From: an uncultured Verrucomicrobiae bacterium
GTDB lineage: Bacteria; Verrucomicrobiota; Verrucomicrobiia; Chthoniobacterales; JAFAMB01
Length of the DNA: 64,000 nt
Assembly: GCA_963808535.1 (NCBI GenBank)
Contig: CAWEGF010000023.1
Span: forward strand, 66,715-130,714
Direction: 5' to 3'
Shown piece by piece: positions 49,255-58,796 of the stretch. A model generated the notes under the pieces. It was not told the origin of the DNA. It saw only the letters and a list, made by a program, of their open reading frames with translations, and searched no databases. Position 1 is the first letter of the stretch; each line of letters begins with the position of its first letter. Both the position numbers and the translations under genes were made by a program.

Positions 49255-49626
49255 TTACCGGGCATGCCGCTTGTGGATGCAAATGGAATTCCCATCCGGA
49301 TCGGAGACGATCGCCATCCGACAGACCGGACTTTCAAACGGCTCAAGGACGAATTTTACATCGCCAGCACGAAGTTCAGTAAGCGCGGAATCAAAATCGT
49401 CGACCTCAAAGGCCACGGCCGGCCCGTCACTTGAAGGTTTCCACTCCTCTTTCGACATGTTGCTGACGGCGAAAGTCGAGGCTCCAAGGTCGTACTCTAC
49501 CCACTGTGCCTCCGGATTCCCAAAGGTCCGGGTCGGTTCAAGTTTCAAGATACCTTCGTAGAATTTTCGAGCCCGTTCCATGTCCGTCACGGGATATCCG
49601 GTAAATGCTAGTTCGAGAATTTTCAT
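49255..49626 (-). CDS. VOC (glyoxalase/bleomycin-resistance) family protein
   Basis: 123-aa ORF with a typical VOC fold pattern (..YPVTDMERARKFYEGILKLEP.., VSDPDGNSICIH). It sits between sucC and sucD. Confidence 0.7.
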   Translation of the reverse strand: MKILELAFTGYPVTDMERARKFYEGILKLEPTRTFGNPEAQWVEYDLGASTFAVSNMSKEEWKPSSDGPAVAFEVDDFDSALTELRAGDVKFVLEPFESPVCRMAIVSDPDGNSICIHKRHAR

Positions 49627-49643
49627 GCTCTAGAAATGGTGTT

Positions 49644-50831
49644 TTAAGTAGCTTTTGCTTCCGCAACGACTCTCTTCGCCGCCTCGGCGAGATCAGAAGC
49701 CGCTTGAATTGGCAACTTGGATTCTTCCAGCAGTTTTTTGCCGAGTGCGACATTCGTACCTTCCAGTCTAACCACGAGCGGCACGGGCAAACTGACCGCC
49801 TTCACCGCATTGATGATTCCCTGGGCAATCACATCACAACGCATAATCCCGCCAAAAATGTTGACTAGAATGGCTTTGACGTTTTTATCAGCGACCAGGA
49901 TTTTAAATGCCTCGGTCACCTGCTGTTCGCTAGCGCCGCCGCCTACATCGAGGAAGTTCGCGGGCTCCCCGCCGGCGTACTTAATAATGTCCATGGTGGC
50001 CATGGCCAGTCCGGCCCCATTGACCAGGCAGGCGATATTCCCTTCCAGTCCGATGTAATTAAGGTTGAACTTCGATGCTTCTACCTCGCGAGGATCCTCT
50101 TCATACACATCCCGCATCTCGAGAATCTCTTTGTGCCGATAAAGCGCGTTATCGTCGAAATTGAATTTCGCATCTAGCGCGAGAACCTCGCCCTTGGTGG
50201 TCACCACCAGAGGATTGATTTCAACCATCGAACAATCGAGCGAGACGAATAGTTTGTAGAGATTCAGAAACAGCTTGGAGGCGGCCTTCAATTGGTCACC
50301 CGAAAAATTTAGTTCCCGACCCAGCTTCAATGCCTGGTAAGGCTGCAAGCCCAACAATGGATGAACCGGTTCGCGAATGATCTTTTCTGGGTGCTCTTCC
50401 GCCACCTTTTCGATCTCAACGCCCCCTTCCGTGCTGGCTACGACGACGGGAGCTCCGGAGGCGCGATCCATCAGAATCGCAAAATAGGTTTCTCGCTCGA
50501 TATCGACCGACGCAGCGACCATCACTTTTCGCACGACTTTCCCGGCGGGACCTGTTTGATGAGTCACCAAGGTTTGGCCGAGCATTTTTTCCGCCAACTC
50601 TCGAGCTTCGGCTGCAGTCTTACAGAGCTTTACCCCGCCTTTGAAACCGTTCGCAAAAGTCCCCTTCCCACGGCCGCCGGCGTGAATCTGGGCCTTGACC
50701 ACCAGTTCTGAGGTGTTGAGCGCGATGGCAATTTTCTCAGCTTCCTCGGGTGTCTCGGCTGATGAGCCCTTGGGTGTGGCGACGTTGAACCGTTCAAATA
50801 GCTGCTTAGCCTGATATTCGTGAATATTCAT
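49644..50831 (-). CDS. sucC: succinate--CoA ligase subunit beta (ADP-forming)
   Basis: ORF 49644..50879, with the start set at the ATG at 50831, giving the canonical [13 protein letters not shown]-terminus. Confidence 0.92.
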   Translation of the reverse strand: MNIHEYQAKQLFERFNVATPKGSSAETPEEAEKIAIALNTSELVVKAQIHAGGRGKGTFANGFKGGVKLCKTAAEARELAEKMLGQTLVTHQTGPAGKVVRKVMVAASVDIERETYFAILMDRASGAPVVVASTEGGVEIEKVAEEHPEKIIREPVHPLLGLQPYQALKLGRELNFSGDQLKAASKLFLNLYKLFVSLDCSMVEINPLVVTTKGEVLALDAKFNFDDNALYRHKEILEMRDVYEEDPREVEASKFNLNYIGLEGNIACLVNGAGLAMATMDIIKYAGGEPANFLDVGGGASEQQVTEAFKILVADKNVKAILVNIFGGIMRCDVIAQGIINAVKAVSLPVPLVVRLEGTNVALGKKLLEESKLPIQAASDLAEAAKRVVAEAKAT

Positions 50832-50989
50832 GTCAGAGGAAACCTCCCGGTGGACGCCGGGACGCAGAGGGTCTCTCAACCATAGGTCGGTGCTCGAATG
50901 ACCGTCAATCGGGAAGTGAAAAGCGCAGACTAAAGTTCACCAAGCTCCCGGTTCGCCTGCGCAAACTCGGCACGCCGGATTCCAAACTC

Positions 50990-51418
50990 TTGAACTTCGA
51001 GCGACCGGACTTAAACTTTCGCGTGCTCAGCCCTGATCCAGACTCAGCTGTCCGCATGCGACGTCTCGGTTTACGTCCTGACGATTTCGAGGAGGTCTTT
51101 TCGCGCTCGAGCGGGCCGGGCGGCCAAAATGTCAACAAGGTCTCTACCGCCGTTACCCTGGTTCACCGGCCCTCAGGTATCTCAGTAACTGTCCAAGAGA
51201 CCCGATCGCAGTATCGGAACCGTCAGTTAGCGGTCAATCGTCTCATTGCACGAATCGAAGAGACGCGGAAACAGCAGAGAGCGGAGCGCAGATCGGCGAC
51301 CGAGCAGGAACGGCGTCGGAATTCTCGGCGGCCCCGCGCGCTGCGGCGCGAAATTCGCGAATCCAAAGAGCGAAGAGCCGAGATCAAGCAGAGCCGGGCC
51401 AGGATTTCGCCTGATTGA
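50990..51418 (+). CDS. arfB: RF-1-domain peptidyl-tRNA hydrolase, ArfB-like ribosome rescue factor
   Basis: 142-aa ORF with [16 protein letters not shown] (GGQ motif) and a basic C-terminal tail. The ATG at 51056 is an alternative start. Confidence 0.75.
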   Translation: MNFERPDLNFRVLSPDPDSAVRMRRLGLRPDDFEEVFSRSSGPGGQNVNKVSTAVTLVHRPSGISVTVQETRSQYRNRQLAVNRLIARIEETRKQQRAERRSATEQERRRNSRRPRALRREIRESKERRAEIKQSRARISPD

Positions 51419-51493
51419 ATCGTCCGGAACTGGAAAAGAGGCTGCGGCGGCGCCAGTTTTGCTAGGCCGAGCGAGGGTCAGGATCCATCTTGT

Positions 51494-52048
51494 TTGATGG
51501 CGTCTAACATTGAGATCAAGGCTCGTTCCAAAGACTTTGCGAATCAAAAGAAGCTTGCTGAGAAGATCTCCGGCGGAACTCCTGAGCTCTTGATTCAAGA
51601 GGACATTTTCTTTCGAGTCCCCCAGGGAAGATTGAAGCTTCGGATTTTGGGACCCCATCAGGGGGAATTGATTGCCTATTCGCGTCCCGACCAACCAGTC
51701 ATCAAACAATCGACTTACGAAATCTTCAGGACGACCTATCCGGAAAGACTTCGGATCACCCTAAGCTCGGCATTGCCAGTCGAGTGTACTGTCCGGAAGC
51801 GTCGATCCCTTTACCATATCGGCCAATCCAGAATGCATTTTGACGAGGTTGAGGGATTAGGAGAATTCATCGAACTTGAATTTGTCCTCGAGGAGGATCA
51901 ACCGCCGACGGAAGGTCACGCCATCGTCCAGCACTTGATGATAGACCTTGGAATTCGCGAGGAGGATTTGATCGATGTTGCTTACGCAGACCTGCTGAAT
52001 GAGACCCCAATCATTGATCCTCCCGACTCGGGTGAGCGAGGCAATTGA
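51494..52048 (+). CDS. CYTH domain protein (class IV adenylate cyclase/triphosphatase-like)
   Basis: 184-aa ORF beginning ..NIEIKAR (the ExExK motif of CYTH). The length and pattern resemble CyaB-type proteins. Confidence 0.65.
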   Translation: MMASNIEIKARSKDFANQKKLAEKISGGTPELLIQEDIFFRVPQGRLKLRILGPHQGELIAYSRPDQPVIKQSTYEIFRTTYPERLRITLSSALPVECTVRKRRSLYHIGQSRMHFDEVEGLGEFIELEFVLEEDQPPTEGHAIVQHLMIDLGIREEDLIDVAYADLLNETPIIDPPDSGERGN

Positions 52049-52433
52049 TTATCCGAGGCATCATGGCGCGCGCCTGGTGTTCCAGAAGTCCCTCCGCGAA
52101 GGGTCTTTTGCCCAAGGTTACTAGTGCGACCTTGGGGGTGACGCTCATAACCAGCAGGTAATAACTCGGGCCGAGATTGATGCGCCCCAGGACCTCTCCT
52201 TCTGATCCGATTTCTCGGACGAGCATTTGAGAAGTGGCAAAGATCATGGAGGAGAAAACCCCTAACGTGTTGATATTCAGATCTGCTTTCGCGGTGACCC
52301 TCGCCAGGATCGACGCATCGTTCTGCACGAGGAGCGAGCAGACCGCGTCGGTGTTGCGTTGATAGTCATACAAACAACCGGTCAAAGATCGGGATTCCCA
52401 GGCCCGCAATTCTCTTTCGTCGCACCCGGCCAC
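52011..52433 (-). CDS. roadblock/LC7 domain protein (MglB-like candidate)
   Basis: 140-aa ORF. The alternating beta/alpha pattern (..AVCSLLVQNDASILARV.., ..YYLLVMSVTPKVALVTL..) fits roadblock/LC7. This is a weak by-eye call. Confidence 0.45.
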   Translation of the reverse strand: MAGCDERELRAWESRSLTGCLYDYQRNTDAVCSLLVQNDASILARVTAKADLNINTLGVFSSMIFATSQMLVREIGSEGEVLGRINLGPSYYLLVMSVTPKVALVTLGKRPFAEGLLEHQARAMMPRIINCLAHPSREDQ

Positions 52434-52442
52434 GGCATTTTC

Positions 52443-53768
52443 TCACGGCTGGGTACCGTAAATCATGTTTAAAGCGTGGGCTGTCGCCACGAGTCGTTCG
52501 CGTAAGCCGGGAGGAATGTTTTTACCGGCGTGTCCGACTAAGATCAAAATATCCCTCTCGAAGGTCAGACTGAGCCGACACGCCTCATTCGACAGGATGA
52601 CGAACTTCGCCGGCCCTCCTTCCATGTTCTTGGTGAACCTCAATAGATGTTGGACTAAAGCAAGAGCCTCGCTAAGCAATGCTTCGTTCAGTCCACCACC
52701 AAGGTTTCCTCCAAGAGCAGCCCCATCGGATAGCAGAATAACCACACTAACGACGCGGGGAAGTTGCAGAATTAGGTCTGCTACTTTGGATCCGTCGAGG
52801 AGTTCGTCTGTGAGGTAGAGTTCTTGAAGGCTATCATGACCGCGGCGACGGATATCTTCGCTCCCAAGCTTGCGCGGGGCCGACGAGATTGAGGAGCCAT
52901 CTGAACCTTTGACGACGTTATCAAACCCGGGAACCAATCCTTCGCCAGTCGATGGCGCTTGCTCCGCACAATTCGAGTGAAGTTCCCGCTGTTTGCGAAT
53001 TGGAGCCTGAGCCGGAGATTCGCCAACCCGTCCGTTTTCGCTCAGGAACGTACCCGCCATTCCGCGACACTCTCGCGACGTTATCTCCTCGTCTCTCGCC
53101 CGGGCTTCATCAGAGGCGTTGATTCGATGACTAAAAGCCTCGTCTTCCTTTAAGTCTGGCGCCAAAGCGTTTCTTGTCAGTTCTGGCTGGCCACCATCCT
53201 GCTCTGGCATCGGCAACTTTTTTTTGGATGCGGCCTCTTGTGACTCGAAATGGTTTGTGGCGGTGATCGTTCCCATATCTGATTGAACTTCGGCCTTCAC
53301 TTCGAATCTTTCCTCGTCTTCGCGGGCGAGCTGCCCAAAAGGAGTATCGAAATCTTCCAGGACCGATACCTCCGAAGATTGATCGCGAAATATATCCTCG
53401 AGCTGGGTAACAACCACTCGGAGTGGTATATTAAACTCCGTACCGTGATTAGGAGCTTTCTCGAATAGAGCAGGGTAAATATCCTGCAGGACCGACGCCT
53501 TGATCCGGGTTCTTCCTTCGAGAATTCCTAATATCTTGTCGGCTTTGATTTTGATAGCTCCGCCGACGTTGCTCCAGAGAAGCGGCGCCGGCAATTTACC
53601 GTCCAACAACTCGCCTTCACAAACGAGTACTTCCCTTTCGTTGAAAGTTTCCCTGGTGTTATCTCCAGCCAGGGGAAGAGCGGGAACCTCTTCCTTTCTT
53701 TTGAAAAGTCTTTGGAAATCCATTTCGAATAGCTCTGGAGTGTAAACAGTATTTCGGCTCGAAGGCAA
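52443..53768 (-). CDS. hypothetical protein with acidic low-complexity linker and C-terminal roadblock/LC7-like domain
   Basis: 441-aa ORF. The C-terminal ~115 aa (..VVSVVILLSDGAALGGNL....FVILSNEACRLSLTFERDILILVGH..) look roadblock-like. The N-terminal ~130 aa are unassigned. Confidence 0.45.
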   Translation of the reverse strand: MPSSRNTVYTPELFEMDFQRLFKRKEEVPALPLAGDNTRETFNEREVLVCEGELLDGKLPAPLLWSNVGGAIKIKADKILGILEGRTRIKASVLQDIYPALFEKAPNHGTEFNIPLRVVVTQLEDIFRDQSSEVSVLEDFDTPFGQLAREDEERFEVKAEVQSDMGTITATNHFESQEAASKKKLPMPEQDGGQPELTRNALAPDLKEDEAFSHRINASDEARARDEEITSRECRGMAGTFLSENGRVGESPAQAPIRKQRELHSNCAEQAPSTGEGLVPGFDNVVKGSDGSSISSAPRKLGSEDIRRRGHDSLQELYLTDELLDGSKVADLILQLPRVVSVVILLSDGAALGGNLGGGLNEALLSEALALVQHLLRFTKNMEGGPAKFVILSNEACRLSLTFERDILILVGHAGKNIPPGLRERLVATAHALNMIYGTQP

Positions 53769-53896
53769 TCTGTTTTACAAATTATTACGTTTTATTTTAT
53801 AAGTTGTTTACTAAGAGGGTTGCCGCCCGATGTTCTTCGATTAGTGAAGCTGCGTGGGCCTTTCGGCCCTAATTGAGATTCTAGTGGCAAACGGGT

Positions 53897-54703
53897 TTGG
53901 CGCCGAATACCATGCCCAGCATGGACGGCGCTGCGGTTTTGTACCAATTAGATAGAGAGCGGCAAACAGTTCCCGATTCAGACGTCCGTTTGCAAGCAGT
54001 ACCCTATGTCATGCGGGCGATCGCACTCGATGGTTCGTGGAACGGCATCGTGTATTCTTGTTTTTCGGCTTCCCAAGCAGAAGAGATCGTCAGTAAAGAG
54101 ATCAAATACTTCACTCAATTGAATCGGGCCTTTGAATGGAAGGTGTACAGTCACGACAGGCCGCTGGATTTGCTGCTCCAGTTGCGCCAGCGTGGTTTCA
54201 GGATCGGCGAAGAAGAGTCGTTGATGGTTCGCGAACTCCGGGATTTACCGCCAGCGTTGATGGCGCCCGCGGCGCCCAAGATAGCTGTTCTCCCTGTAAG
54301 AGACGAACAGGGCATAGCTGACTTCCTTTCGATTGAAACAGCTGTCTGGTCCTGCGAACCAGGCAAGACCCGTGGACTGCTTCTCTCGATGCTTAACAAT
54401 CCACTCCAGCGTGATTTGGCATTCGTCGCTTATTCTGATCAAAGGCCGGTCGGATGCGCGCGCCTAACGTCGTCGCCAAACAGCCAATTTTCCGGGCTCT
54501 GGGGCGGAAGCGTTCTACCGGATTATCGCAGACGGGGAATCTATCGGGCGCTTTTGGCCGCCCGGATCCTTCATCTCCGTAGGTTTGAGGAGATTCGCTA
54601 TTTGCGCGTGGACGCGTTACCCATGAGCCGTCCAATTCTGGAGAAATATGGATTCCAACAAATCGCCTCCACCTGGCCCGCGGAGTGGCCCCCAAACCAG
54701 TAA
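53897..54703 (+). CDS. GNAT family N-acetyltransferase
   Basis: 268-aa ORF with the C-terminal motif VLPDYRRRGIYRALLAARI...EKYGF. The exact start is uncertain. Confidence 0.7.
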   Translation: MAPNTMPSMDGAAVLYQLDRERQTVPDSDVRLQAVPYVMRAIALDGSWNGIVYSCFSASQAEEIVSKEIKYFTQLNRAFEWKVYSHDRPLDLLLQLRQRGFRIGEEESLMVRELRDLPPALMAPAAPKIAVLPVRDEQGIADFLSIETAVWSCEPGKTRGLLLSMLNNPLQRDLAFVAYSDQRPVGCARLTSSPNSQFSGLWGGSVLPDYRRRGIYRALLAARILHLRRFEEIRYLRVDALPMSRPILEKYGFQQIASTWPAEWPPNQ

Positions 54704-54819
54704 GGCCCTGTTTCGGAAATTGCGTTTATTCTCTCCCTGTAAATTGGGACCTCGTCGTCATCATTCGAATGCCGGCACCACTTATTTTTATTGTGTTTGT
54801 CTGACTCCAAACGGTTCCA

Positions 54820-55444
54820 TTATTGAGCGGCGATCGTGATTATCAAGGAAGGCCGACCCTCTTCGGTCTCGTTACTGAGGCGAATCTTGCTCGCTTGGAG
54901 TTTTGCTTCCCATGTCCGATCAACACCGCTGACGACCAGGTAAGCAGCCGAAGGCGTCGCCGATAAACGAGGTTCTTTCCCAACCAGCAAAGTTCTCCGA
55001 GCATCACGGTGGAGAATTTCCGTACCCAGATCTCGAAGCGTAGCAGCATCGGTTGCACTGACCGCGGAGAGTAGCGAACTCTTGATCAAGTCGCGGGCGA
55101 AAATCCCGTTCTGCGGATCTTCGATGAAGGACCGAGCGAGGACCACGCGAATTCCGACGATACTATCTTTGGGATTGGTCTCGACGTACACAGTGACGAC
55201 CTGCTCGAAAAGCGGGGCCTGTCGGTTTGAAACAGTTCATTTTCCCGCCGGCCGACGGTTGGGCATCTCCGCTCGGCTCGAGATGAAAGAATTCAAAATA
55301 GTCAGAGTGAGTGCGGGCGACCGCGAGATCACCACCGAGCAATCCCGTATTATTTTCATTTTTCGCGGAAGCCCGTCCACCGACGACCATCATCAGAACG
55401 GATAAGAGGCCTAAGCGCAATCTTTTGGTCAATTTTAATGTCAT
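54820..55444 (-). CDS. secreted hypothetical protein, frame broken near 55214-55217
   Basis: ORF 55163..55498 supplies the signal peptide (from the ATG at 55444, MTLKLTKRLRLGLLSVLMMVVGGRASA). ORF 54820..55191 continues one frame away. The two frames meet around a G4/C4 run. Confidence 0.45.
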
Positions 55445-55520
55445 GGTACTTTTTTGAATAAGACGCTGCATTCCCGCTGAGTTGCGAAAAAGGATCATGC
55501 GCCTGAGGCCTTTGTTTTGT

Positions 55521-55802
55521 GCCCCGCAGGGGCTACAGAACTCAGCCCAGGGTTTTAACCCTGGGAATCGTCCACCAAGAGCGACGCGCCCTGAAGGGGC
55601 GCCAGATCGAACGTCCTAACCAGGTGGAAGCGGTCGGATGGTTCAATTGTCGCACGTCCCAAGTGCGCACCCTGACTTTTGCGCGGCAAAAGGTGCGAGC
55701 TTCATCTGGTACCCGCATCTCTCGCCCCTTCAGGGCGAACCGTTTATTATAAGAGTTCCCAGGGTTGAAACCCTGGGCTGAGTTCTGTAGCCCCTGCGGG
55801 GC
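55521..55802 (-). repeat. family A element, copy A6 (282 bp), inverted relative to A1-A5
   Basis: The same termini. The internal core is the reverse complement of the 39.6-42.1 kb copies. Confidence 0.9.
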
Positions 55803-56020
55803 AAGCCTCGGTCCATAGATAGAGCGTAACCCAGGGTTGAAGATACCACGATGGGGACAGATCCAAGTTGCAGTTGGGGAATCTTCGAAATGGGACAGAC
55901 CCCTGTGAGGGCGCTCAGATTGGGGACAGACCCGAATGGCGCGAGGTAAGGTTTAGGATGATTTTGCTCCGAAGGAAGGGGCTGTCGGCCACAATCCTCG
56001 GGTTGAGGCCTTTGTTTTGT

Positions 56021-56306
56021 GCCCCGCAGGGGCTACAGAACTCAGCCCAAGGGTTTTAACCCTGGGAATCGTCCACCAAGAGCGACGCGCCCTGAAGGGG
56101 TCGCCAGATTCGGAACGCGTCCTTACCGAGGTGGAAGCGGTCGGATGGTTCAATTGTCGCACGTCCCGATTGCACACTCTGACTTTTGCGCGGCAAGAGG
56201 TGCGAGCTTCATCTGGTACCCGCATCTCTCGCCCTTTCGGCGAACCGTTTATTTTGAGGTTCCCAGTATTGAAACCCTAGGCTGAGTTCTGTAGCCCCTG
56301 CGGGGC
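56021..56306 (-). repeat. family A element, copy A7 (286 bp), inverted relative to A1-A5
   Basis: Same as A6. It is preceded by an inverted family C arm with terminus GAATGGCGCGAGGTAAGG at about 55935-55952. Confidence 0.9.
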
Positions 56307-56545
56307 AAGCCCTCGTGTCCTTAGATAGAGCCTAACCCAGGAGATCGATGTCATTGTCCCGGCCGACGATCCCAAGGCGGAGCGGTTTTAGACTCGACCC
56401 GCAGCCGAGTCGACGATCGAAGACTTAAGGGCAGCTTGCAAAATAGAAGCGAAATTCTACCTGCAAAGACGCGGCAACGCGCAGATCGAGTTCCATTCGA
56501 ATCTGCGCGCCGCTTCCACCCCGAGTCGGTAACAGTTTCTAAAAG

Positions 56546-58384
56546 CTAGGCAGGCACTTGCTGCACAAAGAGGGGTTTTTCTTTCTTCTTGCTACCCCAC
56601 GTAAAGTGGACAGCACCATAAAGACCCCAGACCGCGGCAATTCCGAGGGCGATAAAAGGTTCTTTCCAGCTCATGCCGGCCACCGAGAAAGGTCCGATGA
56701 GATAAAACAACATGCACAATAGATTGGCGAGTAAACCGAACACCGGCACGACCATGTGCTTGAATCCGTGGAAGGAGTGATGTTCGCGGAAGGCGACGAT
56801 CGCTATGATGTTGCTCATCATGTAGAGCATGAAAGTGCCGAAGTTGCTGGTTAACGTCACGATGAGCAAGCTTTGCGGGATGTTCACCGCAAAGTCGTGC
56901 GCGAAGATTCCGAAGCTGTACCAGATGTTCTGAGGAAGGCCCTTGATCGTATCGTCCGATAAGGCAGCTCCACCGCAGAAATAGAGGATAACCGAGAAAA
57001 CCCCGATGATCGCCGAGATGACGCAAAGGGTCCAGATGGCCCGATGCGGCGTGAGGTTCTTGGTATGAAGCACTCCCAGATTGCCCGCCAGTTCATCATC
57101 CCGTCCCATCGCAAACGTAACCCGCGCGCCCGTATTGATACAGGAGAGCGTTGTTCCGATGAGAGCCAGAAACACGGTGATGGCTTCAATGAACATGAAC
57201 CACCAACCGGCCTGGGGACTACCAAATAGCCAGGTCCCAACAATCTGCATCATATCCCCAATCGGCGCGGGCGAAGCGGCCGCCTGAGTCATCTTATATC
57301 CGCTGTTCAGGAAATAACCGGCGGCGAAGTACTCGAATAGATAGCAGATAACTCCCTGAATGAGGAGCGATAAGAGGATCGCTCGTGGAATATCGCGTTT
57401 GGCGTTTTTAGCCTCCTCTCCCATCGAACTAACGGATTCAAATCCGACCAAAATCAGAATGGCGACACAGGCCTGGATAATGGCAAAACTGAATCCATGC
57501 GGCGAAATCACCGATAGTGCATTGGGATGGAATTGGAAGGTGTCGACCGGATTCTTGGGATCAGCGCCTTTATCGGTTCCTTGATCGGGAGCGTAGGTCA
57601 ACGTGACATCTTTGTCCGTCCCATCGGCATTCTTTTCAAAAACATAGTTACCGTCTTTGTCTTTGGCCGGATTGGTCACCTCGTTTCCCTTGTCATCTTT
57701 AGTCGTCGTCATGGCGATGACTTTGGAGACCGGGACACCGTCAGGATTGAGAGTGATCCCTTTGGAGCCCTCTCCGTGGTTGGCGCGATAAGCGATGGCA
57801 ATCACGGAGAAGACCACTAGCGCCGTGATTTGAATCACGTTAATCGCGATGTTCACGGAAGTGGCACCCGTGACGCCTCGATAAGCGATGTAGCCAACCA
57901 GGAAAGGAAAGACGATCGAAAACAGGATCATGAACAGCGGGCTGGGAACCGCGGAGTTAAAGACGGTCGGAAACAGCTGACCGAGCAGATACCCAGAGAG
58001 GAGAGCCGTCACGCCGACCATCACTCCCGGATAAACCCAATAATAAAGATGACTGGCCCAGCCGACCGCGAATTTGGCGATCCGGGCAAACTTGAAAGCC
58101 TTGTTTTTCGATAAAAATGCCTGTTCAGCAAAGAAGTAGGAGGAACCAGCGCCGGGATAGAGTTTTGACAACTCGGCGTATGAAATCGCGGTAGCCAAAC
58201 AGAGCAGTAACGCGACGATGATACCAAACCACATCGCGGCACCGGCCATTGGCTGACCGTATAGACATTGTTGAGCGTAGGTTAACCAGAGAAATGCACC
58301 AGGAGCGATCAGCGCCATGGCATTCATAGTTAAACCAGTTAAGCCAAGGGTGGCCTTTGGAGCAGGTGCAATATTTTCTGACAT
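56546..58384 (-). CDS. APC superfamily amino acid/polyamine permease with a large hydrophilic insertion
   Basis: ORF 56546..58438, with the start set at the ATG at 58384 (MSENIAP). It has multiple TM helices typical of APC permeases, plus a K/D/G/T-rich loop of about 90 aa (57509-57787). Confidence 0.7.
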   Translation of the reverse strand: MSENIAPAPKATLGLTGLTMNAMALIAPGAFLWLTYAQQCLYGQPMAGAAMWFGIIVALLLCLATAISYAELSKLYPGAGSSYFFAEQAFLSKNKAFKFARIAKFAVGWASHLYYWVYPGVMVGVTALLSGYLLGQLFPTVFNSAVPSPLFMILFSIVFPFLVGYIAYRGVTGATSVNIAINVIQITALVVFSVIAIAYRANHGEGSKGITLNPDGVPVSKVIAMTTTKDDKGNEVTNPAKDKDGNYVFEKNADGTDKDVTLTYAPDQGTDKGADPKNPVDTFQFHPNALSVISPHGFSFAIIQACVAILILVGFESVSSMGEEAKNAKRDIPRAILLSLLIQGVICYLFEYFAAGYFLNSGYKMTQAAASPAPIGDMMQIVGTWLFGSPQAGWWFMFIEAITVFLALIGTTLSCINTGARVTFAMGRDDELAGNLGVLHTKNLTPHRAIWTLCVISAIIGVFSVILYFCGGAALSDDTIKGLPQNIWYSFGIFAHDFAVNIPQSLLIVTLTSNFGTFMLYMMSNIIAIVAFREHHSFHGFKHMVVPVFGLLANLLCMLFYLIGPFSVAGMSWKEPFIALGIAAVWGLYGAVHFTWGSKKKEKPLFVQQVPA

Positions 58385-58796
58385 ACCTGTAGTGTAATTA
58401 ATTTCAGAAAGCCGGACGGCTAGCACTACTCGTGCCAAAAGAGAAAAAGACTGTGACCCTCTGTAAAGACGGCTAAGGATGGATGGAAATCTCCCCTTTT
58501 AGGGGAGGCGCTTGGAGCAAATTTCGTCCGACTGAAAAATTCCCAAGACGAGATGCCCAAGCTTTTAGTTCACGAAAAGGACCAGTGTGAACAGTTTATT
58601 GTACTGTTTTTTGGTACATTTGCATAATGAACAACAGTACGCTGCATGGAACGACACTATTTTTTCGAAACCTCTAGGCCAACAATTCCCTTTTGGTGGC
58701 CCCTGTCGAGGTACCTTGGCTCAGACTTGGCGTTTGAGAATCCAGCACGCTGAGTCCGGCACAATCGCGAGACGATTTTCTGCTAGCAGAGACTCC

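Noticed and set aside
58439-58600. Riboswitch or attenuator in the 5' region of the APC permease (hairpin CTCCCCTAAAAGGGGAG on the minus strand)
   Set aside because: No match to any riboswitch consensus I know (glycine, lysine, SAM and others). There is a single short hairpin with a weak U-tract, so support is insufficient.
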